NCBI RefSeq assembly: GCF_023055435.1
Contig: NW_025964001.1
Coordinates: forward strand, 33,666,001 to 33,730,000
Origin: Haliotis rufescens
Taxonomy: Eukaryota
Direction: 5' to 3'
Length of the DNA stretch: 64,000 bases
The notes under the pieces are model-generated. The model was given only the letters and a program-made list of their open reading frames with translations, was not told where the DNA came from and ran no database searches. This document shows positions 40,666 through 51,200 of this stretch, in pieces. A program made the position numbers and the translations under genes. Every line of letters begins with the position of its first letter. Within the stretch, counting starts at the first letter, position 1.

Positions 40666-42576
40666 ACAAGTACTGGTGTATGGTGGAATATATGAGAAAA
40701 TGTGCCTTTCGTCTTAATGTATATGTTGTACAAGAGCCATGATGTTCTAATGACTCCTCTGAATCTCTGCCAATTTGCAACATTTAGACAAAATTGAAGT
40801 TTAACTATAGGTCATATGGCCTAAAATATTGAATAAACTTCTGTCTGTCTGTAAATGGTGGACCAAAATTACTTTTTCAAAATGGCTGTTTTGGCGAAAC
40901 CATGAAGATGAGATGAGGTGAGGTGAAATGGGGTTTTACGTCGCGTTCAAGATGATTTCACTTATATAGCCACGAGCAAGCACGTATGTGTGTGTGCGTG
41001 TGTGTCTGCTTGTACTAGTGCTAACCCAGTTCAACATGGATACCCCACTCAGACATAGTATACTGACTCCGAGACGACCTCCTTGTTGTATCCCTTTTAA
41101 TACCGGCACCAGGCAGGCTGACAACAAGTACAAACCTTTAACGTATTTGGTATGGCACGGGCGGGGATCGAACCACGGACCTTCCTTTCTCCGGGCAGAC
41201 GCTCTATCCATTACACCACGGAGGCTGTCCGCATGAAACGCAAATGTAACACATTCGTAATGCACGTTCACATTCGAACCTTCTGCGTCAAGATAAATAC
41301 ATACTAGTACATTTTCCATATTACTACTTTGGTGGCCATGTTTGATTATTGAATTATATCTCTGTAAGCATTTCTTACCGGTAAAGCAGGACATGCTTGT
41401 CCTTTTCGGGAACACCTGGTGTCATCACTGGTAATAAAAGCTTGTGCTGTCATTTATGAGATCATATATATAGCTAATGGCGACCGCCTCCGTGGTCTAG
41501 TGCCAGAGAGTGTCTTCCCGGAGAGCGGAAGGTCGTGGGTTCGATCCCCGGCCGCGTCATACCAATGAACGTTAATAGATGGTTACCTTGCCGGGCGCTC
41601 GGCATTAAGGGGCTAAATCAAGGTCTGGTCGGCTTGATTTGGTCTGAGAGGGGTATTCATATTAAAACTGCGGCATGGTATCTCTGTGGGTTCGCAGTAT
41701 AAAAATCGGCATTATTCCGGACTGGTACACGCACACACGTTAAACCCATCTCCAAGTGCCATAATCACCTTACGTCACCGCTCAGAGGCGATGTGCAAAA
41801 TAGATCATGGTGGAATGTGAGTGAATGTTGTTAAACGCCGCACTCATAAATAGAAGTGTGTATACATATTTTCTTAAAAGGGTTGCATTTACTCATACAA
41901 CAACAACATATTAAATAAATGGAAATAATTCGAAAGACATTATGTGTTTGTTCGTCGTTATAATTTGTTGAATACGTATCACCAAATGATTTGGTTATAG
42001 TGTTGTGATACCTTTACGTACTGTTTTGTATGCTTCCAACACGTATCATCAACAGCGTACACATAAGTGCACATTCTATAACAATAACATGTCCATACGT
42101 CAGGTTGGTTATGTTTGTTTGTTCATTTGTTGTTTAACGCCACGCTCATTAATGTTCTAGCTTTATGACGGCGGTCTGTAAATAATTGAGTCTGGACCAG
42201 ATAATCCAGTGATTAACGTCATGGGCATCGTCAATCCCCGCAATTATGATCAAAGCGAAAACTGGCTACTTAACATTACATAGTATATACCTCTGTAGCT
42301 CTAGATAACATCCCTGCTTTGTGTCCCTTAGTGGGAGATGCAGATGTGGTGCATCCAGCATACAATAAGATATATACGAAGAGTGTGTTGTCAGATATAA
42401 CGCGGTGGTTATTGGGTACTGAAACTCTATGCTTGTGTATTAACTTCGAAGTTCAACATGACGTCAGGCACAGAAAGCAGTAGAAGGGAGAAACAGCCGA
42501 CCCGACACGTCAAGCCATACATCAAGAAAAGGTTGACATCGCTATATAGAATCTGTGTAGTACCACAAACCTCTAA

Positions 42577-43265
42577 TGGGGCCGTCACACCATGACGTTC
42601 TGGTCAGCGTTCTATGACGTTTGAGGAAACGTTGGTAGTCGCCCATGGTCGCTGGGATAGCGCCAGAAGAGCGTTGTGTGAACGCTAGTGAACGTCGGTG
42701 ATCGCCGGGAATCGGCGGAGAACGCTGGTCCGGAAAAAAAGTTTTGAACATGCACAAAAGTTCTCACTGAGACCAGCGTTCTTCAACGTTTAATTTTAAA
42801 CGCTGAAGAACGTTTTACTAACGTTCGCCGAGCTTTGCACGCGTTCGGCTATCGTTAGTCAGTCGTTACTCTAGCGTTACTTGGTTGTTACTAATCGTTT
42901 GCTTTGCATTGAACGACTCACTGGCGACCTGTCAACGACCGCTGAACGGTCCCCTAGCGCACGCAGCGCACGCAGACGCTATTCTGTCGTTATTCACACG
43001 TTAGTCACACGCTCAACACGCTCGTCTAACGTTGACAAATCGTTCGTCGCGCGCCAGTGGCACGTTAGCACACGCTAATGGTTTTCAGGGGTATCTTACT
43101 TGGTCGCTGTTACACGCTTCTCGTGCGTTAGACACACGCTAGTCATGCGTTAGGCACACGTTAATCAGACGCCAGATGTGTCATCCTCATTCTAGAACGC
43201 TCAAAAATTGAACGATTGAAATGTTCAGAGAACGTTGACCAGAACGTCATGGTGTGACGGCCCCT
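42577..43265. mobile_element. Non-autonomous DNA transposon (MITE) with ~35-bp TIRs, CpG-rich
   Basis: GGGGCCGTCACACCATGACGTTCTGGTCAGCGTTCT ... AGAACGTTGACCAGAACGTCATGGTGTGACGGCCCC, flanked by CTAA / TTAA. Superfamily (Harbinger or TTAA-type) not resolved. Confidence 0.85.
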
Positions 43266-45144
43266 TTAATTAAAAGACATTCAAAAGACAAAATAAACTT
43301 TCAAAGCCTCGTTTTATAATTGCTCAATATGGACATTATTTAATTCCCTTTTCCCTGATAAATTAGTTTATATTTAAGTTTTAAATGTTATATACTCTTT
43401 CGGGAGACACAAATATCGCAGTAGTGACTGAGCAGGTGAGCTACGAAACGAGGGTTCGGTTTGCTGCAATAGGCATAAATATGATAAAGGCATACATCAG
43501 GTCAGTTACTATAGACTTCATGTAATTGTTACTGTAAAGACCCGCAGATAAAAATGATAGAAGGACAGAAAGACAAGTCGACATGTAGTCACAGGAACAC
43601 CTAAACATATTAACACATTTAGAAGACGACACCATTATGAGTTAATACAACTTCATATAAATGTCTAACTAATGGATTAAACTAGTTAAACAAATAATTA
43701 TATGGATCACGAGACAAATGGTCAGGGGGATATACATGCGGAGGCATAGACGGATGTTGGTTTGCTTTAATGTCCATTCAGGGGAACAATACTGTATTAG
43801 TATGTTATAAGATACCAACGCGATAAGTGGCAAAGAACAATGAAGAAACGCAGCGTGGTTTATTTCACGATAAAACATTGTTCTATCATGACGTCATTTT
43901 AGATTCAAATATGCGCTCGCAACTCGATGACGTCATAAATTGAACGACGTTTTTTTTCAGAGGGAATTGTTTTGTGAGTTGTGGACCAATAGATGAAGCT
44001 GGGCAACGTAGATAAAACAATGGCCGAACGATCGCTTCCAAAAGTGGGATTATATGACAATCGGTATTGTGAGAAATAGAGAATCTCACCCGAGTATCTT
44101 TTGATATCAAATATATCAAAACGAGTTGATAAAAGTGGAAAAAAAGTGTTGATATATTTGATATCAAAAGACACGAGGGTGAGATTTTATTTATCATCCA
44201 ACATCATTCTTCAAACTTTTTCAATTTGTAGACAGTAATTAGCAGTGACTTCAGTGTAAAAATTACTGCTAACAGCTTCAGTAGCAGAGCCATTAGTGAT
44301 GTCATTTGATTGTGACGTCATGGTAACCCGTGACGTCACAATGGTCTGCAAAGCATTGTGATTTAATTTCATTGCAGCGATATCTACAGTTTATTACTTG
44401 CCCGTGAAGAGATCACCCGTTTAATAAACATACAGCTGTATTACACATTGTGTAATACCAAAACGCGTGCTTATGTACTCTCGGAACACGTTTCACGAAC
44501 AAATACCAGAACTATTCACTCGTTTCATAAAATTGGTATTACACGGGAGCTTGTTTAGTATTCTATATGTAGATATCGCTTGATCTAATCCAAGCGATAT
44601 CTCCTGTGGGAGCCAGTTTTGGATGATAAAAGGTAGAGATCATCGACGTGAAAATTATGAAAATATGCGGGAAAGACCCATTTTAACCCCTGCTCATAAA
44701 ATGGACTTGTCCGACATTGTCGCGGTCGGATTATATTTAATACGGGTAAATATTTTTAAAGCGAGTAATTTTTACTAAGATCCTTAAAGAGACTTATGTA
44801 ATGTTGATATCTCATATAAGAAAACAAATTACTCGTGGTCGTTGTTTGTCGTACAATAAAACACTGCCGGGAGAATAAACCACGAGGGGTGAAGTGTTTT
44901 ACTGTACGATAAACAACTTCCACTCGTCGTTTATTCCTTAAATAAAACAGTTGCAATTCTATATTTTGCTTTGTACAATGTGTTCCCGCTTTTGTTCCGG
45001 TGGTCACTGGACTTGCCTTTGCATGTGTTTATGACGGATGCCACCGATAACGCAGGATACACTCACCTCCGCCCCTCGTGGTTTATTCTCCCTGCAGTGT
45101 TTTATTATGCATCGTTTATGTGTTAAATAAATGTCCCTACTGGG

Positions 45145-45226
45145 CTTCCGTACATCAGGCTTTATAAAGGAACATCTTTGGCACGTGCCTGTTCCTTGCT
45201 GTAGATCTGGCTGGGGTATACGTACA
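45145..45226 (+). promoter_or_regulatory. TATA-containing core promoter/5' UTR of countin-like copy 4
   Basis: CTTCCGTACATCAGGCTTTATAAAGGAA with TATAAA at 45163-45168, homologous to copies 2 and 3. Confidence 0.75.
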
Positions 45227-48200
45227 ATGAACATCAAGGTAATTCACACTAACGATATTTTGTTATAAATAATAATAAATTATACGCGGTGATAGTTACT
45301 CAGACACAAAAGAAAAGGGGTTTAGAATATAAGAATAATTTTTAAAAATAGGTTACAAGATTACCTGCATTTAAAAACAAATATAAACTCTAGACGAAAT
45401 GCATATTATTCAACACAATAGATTAATTTCAATCAAATGTGCTCATTCTCCCTTCTCGACTCTAGAGTCCGATAATTAGTTCAAGATAAAGAATATATTC
45501 ATTGTGATAGTGCTCTATGTCGTCCTGATTCCGCTGTGTGATTTGACAGATGTCTGCGATGACTTGTGTCTCATAGGGGACTTCAGCGTCATTCTGTCGA
45601 CTTGGGACATCTCAGACTACGGCTTAGTTAATAATATGGCTCTGAAACACTTCATACTGACGGGGTGAAAAATGAATAGTCTTGTCAAGTGGAGAAGACG
45701 TTTCTGAATGTCACTGGCTATTTATGTCTAATAAAGATAATGCCAGTTCTGTAGCTTAATGGTATAATTATATGAATTCATGGGTAAAGTTTAGGGTAGA
45801 GGGCGTTTCCAGATACATTTTCCTATTTTGCCTTGTACAATGTGTTCCCGTGTTTGTTCCGGTGGGCACTTGACTTGCCTTTACATGTATTTATGACGGA
45901 TGTCACCCATGATGCAGGATACGCTCACTATTTCGCGATCTCTTGGCATCGTCACTTTTTTATAGGGATTCATAAACACATACTTATGATGTTGTCAGAA
46001 TCGTGCAAGGGATTCTTAGATATTGCTTATGATTATGTTTGGGTTTTTTCTTTTACGCCGCACTCAGCAGTAACCCAGCTATAAGACGGTGGTCCGTAAG
46101 TAATCCAGTCTGGACCAGACAATTCAGTGATTAATATCATGAGCATCGATCCACAAAATTGGAATCGATGACATTCATTAACCAAATCAGCGAGCCTGAC
46201 CACCCGATCCCTTTAGTCGCCGCTTACGACAAGCATAGTCGCCTTTTACAGCAAGCATCGGTTGCCGAAGACCTATTCTACCCAAGATCTTCACGGGTCT
46301 ACAGCAAAACGAAATGGTGTAATCGTTTAAAGTGTTCTCAAAGTGAACATAAATACATAAAATACATAAAAACGTCAACGCCAAAGAATGATCAGTCTTG
46401 ATTATCTGCCGAAAGAGATTACTTTGGGCGAGAATTGGTGAAAATAATAGGAATAGATCACTGAAAACCAGTGATGAAAATCCGTTCATGTGACTGAATA
46501 TTTGTTTTACATCTGTCAGACTCGTGCTTCCTTATTACCCGATGTCTTGAGATTCTGTAAGGGGTTCTTACCATGTTGTAGGGTGTCACAGTATTTTTGG
46601 CGGCCCTGACGGGGGTCCAGTGTCTGCCAGCCTTCGCCGAATCCGGAGATCAGCTCACGGGAACAGCCGTCAAGTGCAAGACGTGCGTCCAGTTCACTAG
46701 AAAAGCTGGTGCCGACCTTCTCAACGTCATTCTCAGTAAGGGCGTCTAGGTACAGTTATACTTGTTTCAAAGTTCACATCTGTGGACCTATAATGTCTCT
46801 CACATGAAGATTGAAGAATCTTGAGGATAAAATAATCATGGTTAAGTTTAGGATTCATACATGCAACTTGTTTGTTGCAGACTCTGGGGTCGTTGGTTCC
46901 TGTACGGAACTGTGTGCAGCTCTGAGTGACAAGAGTCAGGCGGCCATGTGTGGACGCCTCTGTAACTTTGCCGGTATCAACGCGTTTATTCAGCTCTTTG
47001 TGAAGTGAGTGAAACCAAGCTACACAGTCTGAGTGTGTGGGTGAACAGAAAAGTGTGGTTGTATGACGGAATCATTACACAACGGAGCTGAGTACGATGT
47101 GTGCTAAATCAGGTTTACAACTGATACATCATCAGGACACCGTCTCTCCTCCCTCACCGGCCTTCCATGGAAAAACACAACTTTCTTATTTTTAAAACAA
47201 AACACGAATGTTTAATTTCTAATGTAAGGGGTTAATAGTTTTTTGTGAAGGGATATTTCTAGTCACAGAATTAAAGCTACATTTCTAAACCCTTCCATAG
47301 CCCGTTGTAAAATGACCCGGTCCGAGACGGCGACCTCAGTGCTTCCAACCCTGTTTGTCTTGGAATCGCCATTTGTTAGCACTGCGTGGTAGGATAGATT
47401 TCTGTATACTGAGTTCTATCTCGGATAGATTTATGCACTACACCCGACGACAAATTTGCCCCTTCAGCCTTCAGTGGTAGCAATGACGAAGATTTCACTC
47501 GCTTGGAAGGAATTTGAACGGTTAACGGTCAAAGGGAGACAACTCAATCATCGGTTTCATGCTCTTATTTCAGACTTAGGTAGTTAGCTAAGTGTACCCT
47601 GAGTGGATACGGATGTGGTTTCACTGACGATTTCAGTTTTATTCGGGTTTACACGGTTTATTACGTAACCTGCATCGATAAGACTCATTGGATTTCCGGA
47701 GCCGTGATGTTGGTGGTCAAGGGGAAGAAACTTTAATTCTGTTTACCGTTTGCTAAACAAACTTACCTCCCTTTGAGACAAGGGACATGACTCTTGATTT
47801 GTTCCACGCGATTATCTCCCTTTAATTGAGGGCACACGCCATATGTGAAGTTTTAAGTGAGACACTGTGCAGAGTTAAAGACAAGGGAGTTAACTCTTGT
47901 ACAAACACGATTACCTCCCTTTGACCATAAACAAAACCACTACCACTTCGTCATTTGAAATGGGGGGTTTTCAATACCAAATCCATTTTTTGTAATAAAA
48001 AGATTAGCATAAAGGGAGAAGAATATTCAAATATGCACGCTGAGTTATACTTCACGTAACTGAACCAGTTTAGTGGCAACGGTGATATCGAAGATTAACG
48101 AAAGTGTCACTTGCTGGGATTGGCCTTGTTATGCAAGGTCAAAAAGGGATAATTAACGGTTTCATGCACTAATCTCAGTGTTTTGTAATTTGAGAATACA

Positions 48201-51200
48201 TGATTGATTGACGGTCACGGGTGTGGTTTCATGGGCCGCGCACGGACAATTTCGTTTTTATTCGAGTTTACTCGGTTTATTCCGTTACCTGCCTACTACA
48301 TCGATAAGAATCATTGGCGTTGTGGAGCCTTATGTTGGTGGTCAAAGGGAGGTCACTTTTAATCCTTTGCTAAACAAACTTACCTCCCTTTGAAACAAAG
48401 GGGCATAACTCTTGAGATGTTCTAGCCGATTAGTTCCCTTTGGTTGAGGGCACACGCCGTGTGTGAAGTTTTAAGCGAGACACTGTGCGGAGTGAAAGAC
48501 AAGGGAGTTAACTCTTGTACAAACACGATTACCTCCCTTTGACCATAAACAACCACTACCGACTACCCCTTGGTTATTTGCAATGGGGTTTTCCATACCA
48601 AATCCAATTTTGTTACACAAAGATTCGCATAAAGGAAGAGATAATCATACACGCACGCTGAGTTCTAAATCACGTAACTGAACCAGTTTAGTGGCAACGA
48701 TTATATTCGAAGAGTAACGAAAGTGTCACTCGCTGGGAAGGGGCTTGTTATGTCAAAGGTCGAAGGGAGACAACTCAGTCAACGTTTTCATGCACTAATC
48801 TGTGTTTTGTAATTTAGGAGAATACATGATTGATTGACGGTCACGAGTGTGGTTTCATGGGCCGCACACGGAGGATTTCAGCTTCATTCGGGTTCACTAG
48901 GTTTATTTCTTTACCTGCCTGCTACATCGATAAGAATCACTGGATTTGTGGAGCTGTGATGGTGGTGGTGAAAGGGAAGTAATCCGGTTTACCGTTTGCT
49001 AAACAAACTTACCTCCCTTTGAAACAAGGGACATAAATTTTGAGATGTCCTGCACGATTAGCTCCCTTTGATGGAGGGCACACATTTTAAAGTGAAACAC
49101 TGTGTTGACCTAAAGGCAAGGGAGTAAACTCTTGTACAAACACGATTACCTCCCTTTGACCATAAAAACCACTACCAACTATCATGTGGTCCTTTGCGAT
49201 GTGGGGACATAGGTAGCTGAGTCATGTATGGTGCCTCAATTCGCTGCGTCCCTTTTCGCTTGTCAGAAATATCTGATTGTGGGTTTGAATCCTGGTTCAC
49301 CTCGATTATGTTTCTGGATTTGTCAGCGCAATTGCTGTGCCCTTGGGTTTCACCAAAGTGGTAAACATCTGAGACATGCATCACTTCAGGCTTTCCTCCT
49401 ACATTAGGCTGATACACCATGATATAACTGGAATTCTGTTCAAGGCGGTGTTAAACCCAACATGCTCACTCCTTTGGGATGTCTATTTTTTCCATTTCCA
49501 CGACAGAAAAGCTATTTCTAAACATGCAGAAAGGACATACCTCATACAACTGTAATTTAACTGTGTATTTAATGGCTCATTAAATCTCATATACATCACT
49601 GTTGAAGATTATTTTCAAAAAAATGTGTTTTCTGCATTAAAGTTTGATATTAGATTGAATAACTTGAGACTCAAGCCGTATGTTTCAGCATTGTCATGTC
49701 AGCGACCTTACTGTCACAACGGTCCTAAGCCTGTATAAAAGCATGTTAGTTTGATTGTCTCAGACTAAGATCCTTTTGAATGACAGGGACTGAAACAGAA
49801 ACTCTTATTTCTTCTGCAGGGCTAACTTAGATTCATTCTACTTCTGTGAACTGCTCACCATGTGCCAAATCTTTGACCGTGGTGATGCCCAAATCCGAAA
49901 GCTCTCCGTCACCCCATCCATTGGACCTCAAGGTATGTACGCCATTTGTCAGGGATACATTAGTCTCTGGAGGGACCAACTCATGTGTATTACTTTTCAG
50001 TTGGAGTCAAAAATACCTATAGGAGATAAACCTTCCGTATATGATCTTGGTTGATTGATTAAATGCTAATGTATGTTGTGATTGGTAACTGCGCTGGCAT
50101 CAGTGAATGTCCAGAACTTGTTTAAGAAATAAGGTTTGCTCTACCCCCATGTGTAGTGTAATAAAGTATAGTTTTGCCCTGAACTTTTGTAGTTAAATCT
50201 CGAGGATGCTTGTTCTATAAATGATAACCTTCCAAAGGTTTGTGTACTTACCACCAAAAGAAATGAATACCCTACATGTTGGTTAATATATGAAGACTTA
50301 CTCATATTCAAGAGATATTAGATTGGTTCGATGCACAAACTAACATACTGGTATTTCGTGTGAACTGATGCTCATTCATGGATCCATGACTCGAGATGCA
50401 CCATGTGTCTTGTTCAGGATTAGGCTGTAAAGTTTGTCGTGTTACCACAGAGTGTCTTTATTCTTATCACGATATGCTGCACGTGATATTGACTGATTGT
50501 TGGGTTTGTCATTAATTGGTACACATTGGAAACATCTCTTCTTAGCATACATACTTTTCTATATGTTTATAGTTCATGTTTCTTTAGGCTGTGAGTATAT
50601 ATATTGAAAGAAGTGCTTCGTCACAAGTTTGTCCTGACCAAAAGTAGTAACATGTCATCAGTTGCCTACATAAACGTCCATATTTAAATATGGAATTATT
50701 GAATTTTGTTTGTTTGTTGTTTAACGCCGCACTCAGCAATATTCTAGCTATATGACGGCTGTCTGTAGATAATCAAGTCTGCACCAGACAATCCAGCAAT
50801 TGACATCCACGCAATTAGGATACGATGACATGCATCAACCAAGTCAGCGAGCCTGACCACCCCTATTATTTAAAGATATCTTAGAATACATCTGACCACT
50901 TATACTTCGTTTGATTGTAAATGGATTTCCGTCATTGGAGACAACATTTGGCTTTTCTGTAGATTATTGGATTAAGCTGAAAGGTTTTGTAGCTGTTGTT
51001 GACAGGGATCATATATTTCTTAAAAATCACCTAAACAAAGCAGGACCTTGAATGAAAATGAACATGCACAAGCAGCCTCTGTTTTGCACAAAACATAATG
51101 CTCAGCATTGGAGATGATGTCCTTAGACAAAATAATTGAAATCAAAGAAACTGAATTGTCTGAAACTTAGCAGTTTGGTTATGTGTAGAATCAACTGTCA

